DNA of 64,000 nucleotides from an uncultured Verrucomicrobiales bacterium (lineage in GTDB: Bacteria > Verrucomicrobiota > Verrucomicrobiia > Verrucomicrobiales > CAZUPP01). The stretch covers positions 16,823 to 80,822 of the forward strand of contig CAZUPP010000007.1 of assembly GCA_964622095.1 (NCBI GenBank). Direction: 5' to 3'. The notes below the pieces were generated by a model. The model did no database searches, was not told where the DNA came from, and saw only the letters and a list, made by a program, of their open reading frames with translations. Positions 29,881 through 40,236 of this stretch are shown here, in pieces. How positions within the stretch are numbered: position 1 is the first letter of the stretch; every line of letters begins with the position of its first letter. The position numbers and the translations under genes are program-made.

Positions 29881-30813
29881 ATGTTGAGCGAAAGTGAACG
29901 AGTGGCCCGGCTGGCACCACCGTTATCGGATAAGGGTCCGGTCCGAATGGTGCTGGACACCGATACATATAATGAGATTGATGATCAATTTGCCATCGCG
30001 CAGGCCATGCTTTCGCCGGAACAGTTGACGGTTGAAGCAATCTACGCAGCGCCATTTCATAACTCGCGATCCAGCGGCGCAGGGGACGGCATGGAGAAAA
30101 GCTACGAAGAGATCCATCGGGTTTTGCACGCGCTGGGCCGGACTGATTTGGATGGATTTGTTTTTCGTGGGGCGCATCGTTTTCTTCGTGAAGAATCGGG
30201 GCCGCTGTCCGGTATTAATAACGAGGCGGCGCTTGATTTGATTACCCGAGCGGCCGGCCAATCGTCGGATTCAGGTTTGCTTTATGTCGTCGCCATCGGT
30301 GCGCCTACGAATATCGCTCACGCGCTTTTGCTTGAACCTCGCCTCGCAGAGAAAATCGTTGTGGTCTGGCTGGGAGGTCATGCCCTGGGGTGGCCGCATG
30401 CAGACGAATTTAATCTACGGCAGGATTTGTGCGCAACGCGGGTATTGCTCAACTCTGGGGTGCCGCTCGTTCATCTCCCTTGCCTCGGTGCGGCTTCCCA
30501 TCTTCAAACCACCCTCCCAGAGATGGAGGCCTATGTCGCGGGCCATGGGCAGATTGGGGATTATCTTTTTCACATTTTCCAAGAACATCGGGCCGACCAG
30601 CGCGGTTGGGCTAAGGTGCTGTGGGATATGTCTGCGGTGGCCTGGTTGATAGATTCCTCCTGGGTGCTGACTAATCTGGTGGCAAGCCCGCTTGTATCTG
30701 ATGATCTTAAATGGAGTGCTGATGCCCAAAGGCATCTCATCCGTTCGGCCTATTTCGTGGACCGCAATGGTGTATTCCTCGATTTCTTTAATAAACTCGC
30801 TCGCCCAATATAG
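29881..30813 (+). CDS. Nucleoside hydrolase family protein
   Basis: LDTDTYNEIDDQFA, IGAPTNIA, EFNL.QD. Confidence 0.9.
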   Translation: MLSESERVARLAPPLSDKGPVRMVLDTDTYNEIDDQFAIAQAMLSPEQLTVEAIYAAPFHNSRSSGAGDGMEKSYEEIHRVLHALGRTDLDGFVFRGAHRFLREESGPLSGINNEAALDLITRAAGQSSDSGLLYVVAIGAPTNIAHALLLEPRLAEKIVVVWLGGHALGWPHADEFNLRQDLCATRVLLNSGVPLVHLPCLGAASHLQTTLPEMEAYVAGHGQIGDYLFHIFQEHRADQRGWAKVLWDMSAVAWLIDSSWVLTNLVASPLVSDDLKWSADAQRHLIRSAYFVDRNGVFLDFFNKLARPI

Positions 30814-30819
30814 ATCCTC

Positions 30820-32104
30820 ATGCCAATCGATACCGCTAAACTGGACGAGTTCTTTCCCCGTTACGAAGAACATAACCCGCTCGTGCCGGTATGGTGTCTG
30901 ACACCGGGCCTCGAGCGGTGTATGCACCGGTTTTTTGATACCTCAGCAATCAGTCCGTCAGGGCGGTTTTTGGCAACCCTGCAGTTTCCCTTTGAAGACC
31001 GGAAACCAGATGCTGGCGAAAAAGCCACCGTGCTTCTGGTTGACTTGCTGACGGGGGAAAACCGGGTCGTCGCTGAAACAGCCGGCTGGGAGCCGCAAAT
31101 GGGTGCCAACATTAACTGGGGCGCGACTGACGACCAGCTTTTCTTTAACGATGTCGACACGGAAACCTGGATTCCCTTTTCGTGGAAATACAGCGCGGTC
31201 ACTGGTGAAAAACAGAGAATGCAGGGTGCAGTTTACCATGCTTCGGCCGATGGGAAATGGCTGATTTCCGCCAACCTGGGGCGCCATGCGCAGAACACAG
31301 ATGGGATACGGGGTAATTCTGCCGGACGGAAAAGTGAGGCGCAACATCGGGCCCGCGGAAGATGACGGCTTTTACCTGACCAGCACCGAGAGTGGTGAGT
31401 GCCATTTATTTCTTCCCTTCAGGGAATTGATTTATCAGGCAAACCCGGCACCGCGTTTTGAAGATCCTGATAAATTAGAGATCTATGGCTTTCACTCCAA
31501 GTTCAATGCCCAATGCACGCGTGTTTTGATGAGCCTGCGGGCTTTTCCAGCACAGGAATATGTCATGTGGAATGCCTTTAGTGATCCCAACGTGGAGGTC
31601 AGTTTTGCCTGGATGACTGCGAACCTTGAAAGAACGGAGATTCACTGTGCGGCTGGCCCGGAAGTTTATGCGCCGGGCGGGCATCATGGCACCTGGCACC
31701 CGGATGGCTGGCGAATCACTTCCAACCTGAAAATGCATCACGAAGGAATGCGCTTTTATTGCTTCAATTGTGACGGTTCAGAACGGCAGCCTTTGCTCAA
31801 GAACGTTTTGGGCTCGGGACATCCCTCCGTGCATGCGGACGGGAAATTCATCATTACAGACAGCTATTTAGGTGAACGGGTGGCCTTTGGTGATGGCACG
31901 GTTCCGTTGAGATGGGTGAACCTTGAGAACGGCGACGAAAAGTGCGCCATCCGTATCAACACAAGTCAGCCTTGCCCTGACAATACACTGCGCGTCGACC
32001 CGCATCCGGCATGGGATCGCAGCAATCGGTTCGTGGTTTTCAACGGTTACGTTGACGGTAGCCGTCGGGTTTTTCTGGCGGACATGGCATCACTTTTTGA
32101 TTGA
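30820..32104 (+). pseudogene. TolB-like/oligogalacturonate-lyase-like beta-propeller protein, split by one frameshift
   Basis: ORFs 30820-31365 and 31286-32104 join as ANLGAMRRTQMGYG if one G is removed from GGGG at 31278-31281. Motifs FFDTSAISPSGR, GHPS, VDPHPAW. Confidence 0.75.
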
Positions 32105-32134
32105 GTTACACGGCGTTTACTTATTCATAAAGGT

Positions 32135-32770
32135 ATGACAAACAGTTCCCCATACTTTGGTTCCATGGTTTCCGTTTTGCTCGCCCTGATCCTGTGCACT
32201 GGCTTGGTCCAGGCTCGCTCTTGGACTGATTCGCGTGGCAACACCCTTGAGGCTGACTATGTCTCCTTCGATCCGGAGCGCGAAGAAGTTGTTCTGCAGG
32301 GTAAGGATGGTGCCAAGAAAACCTTCAGTTTGCGAACGCTGGCAGAGGAAGACCAAAAGGCAATCAAGGAGCTTTGGGCAGAAAGCCTTGAAAAATATGC
32401 GATTGTCGGTTCAGTCGAGATTGTTTTCCCATCCCATATGAAGCTGAAAATCAGCCCGAAAACAACGGTTGTCGTTGGAATGTATGATCCCGGAACCAAA
32501 ACCTTGCTCACCAAGTCAGAAGAGCAACCACTGGAGATAACCTTTCCTGAGAAGCACGGGCCCGCGAAAGCTGAGATTTCCTTTGAAAAGGTCGCGCTCG
32601 ATCCGGAGCGCCCGCTTCAGGTCCAAATCAGTATGACAGCTTCTGCAGAAGAAGGCGAAGAAAAGGTCTATCCACTGACAAAGGTCGAGAACGTTCTACG
32701 CCTCAACGAAAAAGGAGAGATTGATTTGGGAAGCGTCAGATTCCGTCTCAACCGTTCAGACTTCAGATAA
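32135..32770 (+). CDS. Secreted SHD1-domain protein
   Basis: Signal peptide followed by RSWTDSRGNTLEA...L..LAEEDQ. Confidence 0.8.
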   Translation: MTNSSPYFGSMVSVLLALILCTGLVQARSWTDSRGNTLEADYVSFDPEREEVVLQGKDGAKKTFSLRTLAEEDQKAIKELWAESLEKYAIVGSVEIVFPSHMKLKISPKTTVVVGMYDPGTKTLLTKSEEQPLEITFPEKHGPAKAEISFEKVALDPERPLQVQISMTASAEEGEEKVYPLTKVENVLRLNEKGEIDLGSVRFRLNRSDFR

Positions 32771-32856
32771 TGCTTCGGAACATTTCTAGCTTTGCCCTGT
32801 GGATGTGGTTTAGTCAATTGGGTTGTAAAATTCGCCTGATTTAAATGAGGTCCCAC

Positions 32857-33633
32857 CTATGAAATCAATTCATAGCTTAGCACGCTCAGACAATAGATCG
32901 CTGCGGTTTCTGAACGAAGAATGATCGGACCGAGGGTGACCGGATCGTAGCCTGCCTCGCGGGTAGATTGATATTCAGCGGGTGAAAAATCACCCTCTGG
33001 CCCGATGAGAATGAGCACGCGTCGCGGGTTGAATCCACGATCTTGGCGGAACGAAGCGATCACATCGCGAAGTGAGCGGGCGCTTTCTTCGAGCGAGCCA
33101 ATCAGCATGAGATCATAGCGCAGAGGATCATCCGTCGTAGAACGGTGAATTAGCTTGAGAAAGGTAGTCAGTTCGACCGGAAGATGCACTTCCGGGATAT
33201 AATTCTGGCCGCACTGCTTGGCCGCGTCAGTGCAGATGATCTGCCATTTTTCCCGCTTTTTCTGTGCGTCTTCGCCAGGGTTTCCTGGCTTCACGACGGT
33301 TCGTTCTGTGATAAGCGGAAAGACCTCTGACGCACCCAGCTCAGTGGCCTTTTGAGAAATTAGTTCGAATTGTTTTCCCTTGGGTATGGCCTGGGCCAAG
33401 GCCAGATGAACGGCCAGTGGAGCGGATCTGCGCGTCTCACCTAGACTTAAAAATACGTGATTTCGGTCGATCTGCGTAATCGTAGCGATGGCTTCCCGGC
33501 CAGCACCATCGAAGACCTTGATTTCGTCACTCGCTTTATGGCGCATGACATGAGCGCAATGATGGTGCTCACGGCCATGAAGTCGAGGCTGTGCATCCTT
33601 CCACTGTGAGGTTTCGAGAAAAAAACGATCCAT
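32857..33633 (-). CDS. rsmE: 16S rRNA m3U1498 methyltransferase
   Basis: HH..HVMR, QKATELG, IGPEGDF, LGPIILRSETA. Confidence 0.95.
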   Translation of the reverse strand: MDRFFLETSQWKDAQPRLHGREHHHCAHVMRHKASDEIKVFDGAGREAIATITQIDRNHVFLSLGETRRSAPLAVHLALAQAIPKGKQFELISQKATELGASEVFPLITERTVVKPGNPGEDAQKKREKWQIICTDAAKQCGQNYIPEVHLPVELTTFLKLIHRSTTDDPLRYDLMLIGSLEESARSLRDVIASFRQDRGFNPRRVLILIGPEGDFSPAEYQSTREAGYDPVTLGPIILRSETAAIYCLSVLSYELIS

Positions 33634-33664
33634 TTCCTCGATTGATTGTTCGAATGGAATTGCT

Positions 33665-34816
33665 TCAGTCTCCGCTAAAGAAGCGTTTTGCCTTTTTGAA
33701 GAAACCTTCCTGCAGAGGCTGATTTTCTTCGCCCATCAGTTCGGCAAACTCCTGCAGTTTTTTCTTTTGATCGCCGTTCAGTTTGCTGGGCACCTCAACC
33801 TTTACGCGGATATAAAGATCTCCGTGCCTGGTTGTTTCGAGATCAGGCATGCCTTTGCCTTTCAGGCGAAAGACCGCTTCATTCTGCGTGGCGGCGGGAA
33901 TTTTCAGTTTCGCTTTGCCACCTAGGGTCGGAACAACCACCTCTCCTCCGAGCGCTGCCGTGGTGAAAGGAATCGGCATTTCGCAGAACAGATTTTCTTC
34001 CTCGCGCTCAAACACATCGTGTTTCTCGACAATGATGACGACGTACAAATCACCCGGCGGGCCCCCACGGATTCCCGCTTCGCCCTGTCCGGAGGAGCGG
34101 AGGCGTGACCCGGTTTCTACCCCGGCAGGAATCTTGAGCTTCACCTTAGATTTTTTTTCAACTCGCCCGTCGCCGTCACATTTCCGGCAGGGATTCGAAA
34201 CGATCTGCCCTTCACCCCGGCAGTTCGGGCAGGTGGATGCGACCTGAAAAAGACCGCGGGAACTGATGACTTGGCCGTTTCCTCCGCAGGTCGGACAGGC
34301 GCGCAAGCCGCCATCCCCCTCATGTCCCACGCCTTCACAGCGGTCGCAGGGATCGAGTTTGGTGATCTCGATTTCCTTCTGCACGCCGCTGGCCGCTTCC
34401 TCCAGAGTGATTTCCAGATCGTACCGGAGATCACTACCGCTGTGGCGTGTGCCCCGGCGCTGACGAACGCCGGCACCACCAAAGAACGCATCAAAAACAC
34501 CCCCGCCAAACTCACCGCCGAAGACCTCGCGGAAAATGTCGAAGGGGTCATGGCCGCCCATTCCGCCTCGCCCTACACCTCCGCCCTGGGCAAAGGCGGC
34601 ATGCCCGTAGCGATCGTAGGCCGCGCGTTTGTCTGTGTCACTGAGCACGTCGTAGGCCTCGCTGACCTCCTTAAAGCGGTCTTCCGCCTCAGGGTCATCC
34701 GGATTTTTGTCCGGATGAAACTTCACCGCCAGCTTGCGGTAAGCTTTTTTGATCTGCTCCCCGCTGGCGTTGCGGTCGAGCTCCAGGACTTCATAGTAGT
34801 CACGCTTGGTGGCCAT
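33665..34816 (-). CDS. dnaJ: Molecular chaperone DnaJ
   Basis: J domain with HPD, G/F-rich region, four CxxCxGxG repeats. Confidence 0.98.
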   Translation of the reverse strand: MATKRDYYEVLELDRNASGEQIKKAYRKLAVKFHPDKNPDDPEAEDRFKEVSEAYDVLSDTDKRAAYDRYGHAAFAQGGGVGRGGMGGHDPFDIFREVFGGEFGGGVFDAFFGGAGVRQRRGTRHSGSDLRYDLEITLEEAASGVQKEIEITKLDPCDRCEGVGHEGDGGLRACPTCGGNGQVISSRGLFQVASTCPNCRGEGQIVSNPCRKCDGDGRVEKKSKVKLKIPAGVETGSRLRSSGQGEAGIRGGPPGDLYVVIIVEKHDVFEREEENLFCEMPIPFTTAALGGEVVVPTLGGKAKLKIPAATQNEAVFRLKGKGMPDLETTRHGDLYIRVKVEVPSKLNGDQKKKLQEFAELMGEENQPLQEGFFKKAKRFFSGD

Positions 34817-34943
34817 GCACGGTTAGAGGAAAAAGGCAGCTGAAGGGATGTGAAGTGGCTGGGCGGCGGGGCGATCAACAAATCAGCCGCAGGGTGGACA
34901 GTAGGCCGAAAGCAAGGCCTTGGCAAATGGCGCGGAGTCCAGG

Positions 34944-35573
34944 TCAGGTCTCCTGAAGCCCTTTACTTACCGCAACATTGGCGGGGCGGAGGAGCCGGTC
35001 TCTCAGTTTATAGCCTTTGCGCATCTGGCGGGTGATCTTGCCTTCCGGAACGGTCGGATGGGGTTCGTGAGCCATTGCTTCGTGGACACGCGGGTCGAAG
35101 TCATCTCCCGGATTTGCTTCTACCCGAGTTACCCCCTGACTGTTCAGGAGCTCTGCCAGGCGATTCTGTACCATAGACATCCCGTGGACAATGGTTTGCA
35201 GATCCAGGGTTTCTTCCGCTGCGGCCAGACCAAGTTCAAAGTTATCGATAACCGGTAGCAGCTCTTCAATGAGGGCGCTGTTGGCATAGGTGCGCAGATC
35301 CTCTTTTTCACGGGCCACGCGCTTGCGATAGTTGTCAAGGTCCGCCTGCGCCCGCAGGGCGAGGTCACGGTAGCGGTCCACTTCCTCCCGGAGCTGCTCC
35401 ACCTCATTCAGGGGTTCCGCGGACGATGGGTCATCGCTCTCCTGAGGTGCTTTTTCTCCTCCCAGGCCCTGATCGGGAGGGGGAGTCTGAGCAGGCACTG
35501 GCTCGCCGGTCAAAGGATCGGTCAGCGGGGGTGCTTCAGGTTGCTGGTTTTCGTCGTTCGGAGTGTTGCTCAT
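34944..35573 (-). CDS. grpE: Nucleotide exchange factor GrpE
   Basis: ADLDNYRKR, LLPVIDNF, FDPRVHEA, GY.L.DRLLRPA.V. Confidence 0.96.
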   Translation of the reverse strand: MSNTPNDENQQPEAPPLTDPLTGEPVPAQTPPPDQGLGGEKAPQESDDPSSAEPLNEVEQLREEVDRYRDLALRAQADLDNYRKRVAREKEDLRTYANSALIEELLPVIDNFELGLAAAEETLDLQTIVHGMSMVQNRLAELLNSQGVTRVEANPGDDFDPRVHEAMAHEPHPTVPEGKITRQMRKGYKLRDRLLRPANVAVSKGLQET

Positions 35574-35593
35574 TTTGGAAGTGGAAACGGTGA

Positions 35594-37048
35594 CTAAAGC
35601 CTGCGGACGGCGATGAGAGTGATGTCATCACTCTGGGGCTGGTCACCCACGAACTGGCGGACGTCATCAGCCAGGCCCTTGATGATTGCCGGAGCCCCAT
35701 CGGGCGCGCAGTGTTGGACACGCTGCATCATTTTGGCCGAGCCGTATTCCGTCCCGATGTCATTGACTGCCTCAGTCACACCATCTGTGTAGAGGACCAC
35801 GCAATCATTGGGCTTCATTTCTAGGCGGAAATCGGAGTTGATCCTATTGAACACTGTGCCCCTGTCAATTCCCACGGCCATCCCGGGCGGATTCACTTTC
35901 TGCACAACCTTATCTTCTGAGCGGTAAAGCAGGGGCGGATCATGGCCTGCCCGCGCCAGGGTGATGCAGGAGTTATCTGGGTCCAGAATCAGGTAAGCCA
36001 TGCTGATGAACATGTCTTCCTTGATGTCAGGAAAAAGCTGCCGGTTAACTTCCTTCAGGACGGCGGATGCGGAGCGGTTGCCTGTCGCGTGACTTCGCAG
36101 GACACTGCGGCACATCGCCATAATCAGGGAGGCGGGAACGCCTTTCCCGCTGACATCTGCGATCGCAATGCCATAGAGGCCATCGTCATTGACCGGGATA
36201 TAGTCGTAGTAATCACCGCTCACATAACGCGCCGGCAGATTGAGGCCTGCCACTTCAAACCCTCGCACCTTGGGAGCCGCGGAGGGCAGAAGGATCCGCT
36301 GGATGTCACTGGCAATGCGCAGATCCGTATCAATGCGGCGCTTCTCGCTGGCTTCTGAGTAGACGTTCGCGTTGAAGAGCGCAAAGGCGCTTTGCTCTGC
36401 AATGGCGCGAAGCACTTCCACATCGTCCGCGCTGAAACGCAGGCGTTCGTCGCTATTGAGCAGGGCCAGGATGCCCATCCAATTTCCCGCATAGTGGAGA
36501 GGGACGAGCAGAGCGGACCGCACCGGGGTGGGGTTTTCCTGCAGAGCCTGGAGCAGGAAGGCGTTTTCGCCCTCCGGCCATTTCAGATTGAGGATTTCCC
36601 GTTTTTTCCAGGCTTGGCCCACCGGTCCTTCTCCTTCTTCCAGCGCATGAAGCCGGATGTAACTCTCCACCGCGAGCGGTGTGCTCTCAGTTTGGGCACG
36701 GATATGCGGGGGGATGGGAATGACGGCCGGACAGCCAGGCGAGATGTAATTGGCAACCAGCTTCCCTGAGTTCTTGTCTGCCAGATAGATCGCACCACCC
36801 TGCGCTTCCACGATGCGCATAGTCCCGTCGACAATCAGCTTATGAAGTTGCGGTGTTCGGATATTGTCCGTGAAAGCCTCGCCAAGGCCATGGAGAAAGT
36901 CGAAGACCTCATGTTCTTCATCCGCGATTTCTTTGCGGGCGCGCTTCAGTTCTTCGATGACGACCCTTTGCCGGAGAAAGATGACAGTCAGCAGCAGGCA
37001 AAGCCCAAGGAGAGTATAGAACCCGACGATGTAAGTTTCTTCACTCAC
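35594..37048 (-). CDS. GAF + SpoIIE/PP2C phosphatase (RsbU-like) with N-terminal TM
   Basis: VSGDYYD, IADVSGKG, RAGH, LYTDGVTEA, QSDDITL. Confidence 0.93.
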   Translation of the reverse strand: MSEETYIVGFYTLLGLCLLLTVIFLRQRVVIEELKRARKEIADEEHEVFDFLHGLGEAFTDNIRTPQLHKLIVDGTMRIVEAQGGAIYLADKNSGKLVANYISPGCPAVIPIPPHIRAQTESTPLAVESYIRLHALEEGEGPVGQAWKKREILNLKWPEGENAFLLQALQENPTPVRSALLVPLHYAGNWMGILALLNSDERLRFSADDVEVLRAIAEQSAFALFNANVYSEASEKRRIDTDLRIASDIQRILLPSAAPKVRGFEVAGLNLPARYVSGDYYDYIPVNDDGLYGIAIADVSGKGVPASLIMAMCRSVLRSHATGNRSASAVLKEVNRQLFPDIKEDMFISMAYLILDPDNSCITLARAGHDPPLLYRSEDKVVQKVNPPGMAVGIDRGTVFNRINSDFRLEMKPNDCVVLYTDGVTEAVNDIGTEYGSAKMMQRVQHCAPDGAPAIIKGLADDVRQFVGDQPQSDDITLIAVRRL

Positions 37049-37175
37049 GCCAGACTAGTGGGAAGGGTGATGCTGCGTGGTGGTCCATGCCATATCCATA
37101 CCTTACAATCGGTAGCCGCAACCACTCGGGGTGACAAGCCGCTGCGCATCGCGGAGCGGGATTTCGTGCTTCATT

Positions 37176-37721
37176 TCACCCTTCTGCGTTCTTGCCAAGG
37201 TCCTGGCGCAGGAAATCCAGCACATCTTTGAACTTGGCAGCATTTTCTGCGCTGATGTCGGAGAGAGCGAGATGCGCCTCATACATAAGCTTTGCTTGGG
37301 CTCTCCTATCCAAGGCCTCGGGTGATTCCTGACCTGCGCTGGCTGCCGCTGACTCGGCTTCCATATTTTCGGGATCTTTGTAGATGCTGAGGTCTTCCTG
37401 GACGTCGAAGAGCTGGTCGAGGCCAAGGTTTGAGAGCAATTCCCGAGTGTGTGGGTTCAGGTGGATGACATGTATCCCTCCCTGGCCCAGTTGGAAAAGG
37501 CGCTGAGCAATCCCGGTCAGCGTTCCCATAAAGGTTGAATCCATGGAAGAACACTCTTCCAAATCAATGACGAACTCCCGGGAACCGCGGTTGATCAGCT
37601 CAAAGGCCAGAGTCTTGAGACGACTGGCATTTTCAAACGAACCTTTGCCCAGGACCTTTATCCAGACAACTTTGCCGGCGGCGCCGACCGTTATGGGATC
37701 TCCACTCAAGTTCGCCCACAA
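37176..37721 (-). CDS. STAS domain protein (anti-sigma factor antagonist)
   Basis: VIDLEECSSMDSTFMGTL phospho-Ser loop; LGLDQLF. Confidence 0.9.
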   Translation of the reverse strand: MWANLSGDPITVGAAGKVVWIKVLGKGSFENASRLKTLAFELINRGSREFVIDLEECSSMDSTFMGTLTGIAQRLFQLGQGGIHVIHLNPHTRELLSNLGLDQLFDVQEDLSIYKDPENMEAESAAASAGQESPEALDRRAQAKLMYEAHLALSDISAENAAKFKDVLDFLRQDLGKNAEG

Positions 37722-37760
37722 CTAAACACACGTTTACATTTTGGCCAACCGCCAAAACGG

Positions 37761-38321
37761 TCACCGCCACAGATAGGAAGTCTGCATCGCGACGATTTTT
37801 TCGTCTTCGATCAGCAGGCATCGCCAACTCGTCACCCGACCGCCTTCACGGAAATCATCGCCGGTTACCTCGAAGTCAGAGATCACTTTGCCTTCCACTC
37901 CCACATACGTGAGCTCCTTAGCCTGAACGAAGTCACCGTAGTTTTCCTGACGGTATTCCAGCCGCACGGTCAGGTCAGCCGGGCGCTTGGCCTTCCACCA
38001 GAAGGTGTAGTAGTTGCCATAGCGTTGCTCACGCTCCAGACGGGTCACGGCACCTCGAAAGACCTGGGCGTAGCGAAAGGAGATCATCTGTTCCGCGGTC
38101 TCCGGAGACTGTGTCTCACTGTCCACAAAGAAAAGCTTCTGCTTCAGGAACTTAAATTCGTCAGACAGGGCCAGCGGCAGCGGTTCCGGCTCCGGGACGG
38201 AGCGGGCCTCAACCGGCTGCTCTTTCGCGAGCGCAGTGACCGGTATTAAAATCCCCAACGTAAGAATCGCGGGGAACAACAGGACGGTAAGCAGGGCAAG
38301 TCGTGGCGTCATCTTGCGCAC
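37761..38321 (-). CDS. Secreted hypothetical protein
   Basis: Signal peptide; co-oriented with and closely spaced to its neighbours. Confidence 0.75.
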   Translation of the reverse strand: MRKMTPRLALLTVLLFPAILTLGILIPVTALAKEQPVEARSVPEPEPLPLALSDEFKFLKQKLFFVDSETQSPETAEQMISFRYAQVFRGAVTRLEREQRYGNYYTFWWKAKRPADLTVRLEYRQENYGDFVQAKELTYVGVEGKVISDFEVTGDDFREGGRVTSWRCLLIEDEKIVAMQTSYLWR

Positions 38322-38351
38322 CTATATGGAGCGCTGAAAAGGGCGTGTCAA

Positions 38352-39098
38352 TCAATCCTGCGAATGGATGCCCGGAATCCCTGCATAGCCAATGAACCGG
38401 CCGGACCCTCCGCTGGGATGGCGGAAATTGAAGGCGCTCACACCATTGCGCGATTTACCGTTGTAGCTTCGGCCGTTGCTGGCTCCGGTCATCACATCTT
38501 TCCCCGTTTCCTTATCTTGGCCGCAATAGATCATCACATGGGTGACGGGGGGGTCACGATCCACTTCGTAGGTGTTGATCCAGAACATGAGCATGCCGGG
38601 TTTGAGCTCGGCGAATTCAAAGGTATCGCGGCTGTTGCCGTTTACCGCGCGGAAATGGCCATTCTTCCAGGCCCAACGATAGATGTGGTCACTTTGACGA
38701 GGGACATCCTTCACTCCCACCTCTCGAAGCAGGTAATAAATCGTCCCGGAGCAGTCCATCCCGCCTTCGGACGGTTTGGCGGAGGCGTATTGATAGTCCA
38801 GGCCCAACTCGGTGAGCTCCATCGCCTCCTTGAGCAGCGCCTGAACCTTTGACGGCTGCTTGTCGAAATTCGCCAGCTGCCCGGTCTTCAATACTGCAAC
38901 CTGCCCGCTTTCAATCAGCTTGGGGACTTCCGGTTCGGCAGGCTTGGCTTCTGCTGTAACATCCTCAAATGCAGCAGGATCCGTGGAGGCGATTTCCTCA
39001 GGACTGGCAGCGTCCGGATTGTCCTCAGGTTCGGACTTCGTCAAGCCTGTGAGAGCAAGGAAAAGAAAGGGGGCGATGAGTGCTTTGGTGGGAAACAT
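38352..39098 (-). CDS. NlpC/P60 family cell wall peptidase
   Basis: GMDCSG, VPRQS, LKPGML.F, VTHVMIY.G; signal peptide. Confidence 0.88.
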   Translation of the reverse strand: MFPTKALIAPFLFLALTGLTKSEPEDNPDAASPEEIASTDPAAFEDVTAEAKPAEPEVPKLIESGQVAVLKTGQLANFDKQPSKVQALLKEAMELTELGLDYQYASAKPSEGGMDCSGTIYYLLREVGVKDVPRQSDHIYRWAWKNGHFRAVNGNSRDTFEFAELKPGMLMFWINTYEVDRDPPVTHVMIYCGQDKETGKDVMTGASNGRSYNGKSRNGVSAFNFRHPSGGSGRFIGYAGIPGIHSQD

Positions 39099-39131
39099 GA
39101 GAGCTGGGTAATGTCTTCCAGCCCGCCACGG

Positions 39132-40049
39132 CTAGGGCGAAGCGTCTGCGGTTGCCGGAGAGAGCTCAGTCCGTTCGTTGGGATCGATCTGGCCCAGCAT
39201 GGCCGCGAAAATGTCCGCCTGCGCGTCGAGCAGGATCTGGTTGTGGTCACCGTCAGGGATGACCGTGATTTCAACGCGCTGATCGTCCAGCGCGTGCAGT
39301 GCGCGGCCCATTTTCACCGGAATGACAAAGTCCGCATCACCGTGCAATATATGGACGTCCGGAGCGTTCTCTTTATTCGCCAGAACAGTCTGGAGGCTCG
39401 TCACATTGTCATAGCGATGGCGCAGGGTTCCCTTCAGCAGGCCAAATCCGCGCTCGGCCACCATATCCTCCATGGAGGTAAAGGGTGCAATGCAGACCAC
39501 GCGATTGATCCTGACCCCCTCCGGCGGACTGGCCGCAAACTGAAGAACGGCAGCGCTCCCCAAAGAATGGCCTAAAAGGGAGATGCGTGACTTGGTCACC
39601 TCTACCGGCCAGTCTTTGGCAGTGATCAGTGCGTCGAGCGCCGCGCCCGTGCTCTCCAGAACGGTGCTCGGGTCCGGTTTACCTTCAGATAGTCCATAGC
39701 TGGGATAGTCCACCCACAAAAAACCGGCCCGCTTATCCGGGTAACCCTCAAGAACCCTTTGCCACTGGAGGGCGACAGAGCCATTGCCGTTGTGGCAGAT
39801 CCAAAGGGTCTGTGGAAGGGCTTGCGAGTTGTTTTCGTTTGGGTAGTAGAAGGCGACCTGCTTTCCCTGAGACGTTTCAAAGGGAATTTCCTCCACCCCA
39901 GCGCTCCGGGCGAGATTCAGGTAATCATCTGAATAGTCGCTGGGCAGGTAGATCATCTTCTCCTGAAGAGCCACGAGACCGGCACATCCGGCGGCGATGG
40001 TAACGGCAAGGGCAAGCAGGAGGAGCAACATGCGGCGAGAAATAATCAT
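39132..40049 (-). CDS. Alpha/beta hydrolase
   Basis: HNGNG, DYPSYG.S.G, GHSLGS nucleophile, HGDAD, GDH. Confidence 0.9.
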   Translation of the reverse strand: MIISRRMLLLLLALAVTIAAGCAGLVALQEKMIYLPSDYSDDYLNLARSAGVEEIPFETSQGKQVAFYYPNENNSQALPQTLWICHNGNGSVALQWQRVLEGYPDKRAGFLWVDYPSYGLSEGKPDPSTVLESTGAALDALITAKDWPVEVTKSRISLLGHSLGSAAVLQFAASPPEGVRINRVVCIAPFTSMEDMVAERGFGLLKGTLRHRYDNVTSLQTVLANKENAPDVHILHGDADFVIPVKMGRALHALDDQRVEITVIPDGDHNQILLDAQADIFAAMLGQIDPNERTELSPATADASP

Positions 40050-40236
40050 GGGAGCGTTCGACTCAATGAAGTGGTATGGCGTAAAAGATTACGGACACGG
40101 CCTGACTTAGGTCTCTGCCGCGGCAGATTCTGTTCAGATTACGGTCCGGTCGGCAGGACTCTCCACTTGCCCGAAGGATTTCATCTGCTTGCTTCTTCCA
40201 CGGGTCGAACCCTTCTTTGGAGACATTCACGCCACC

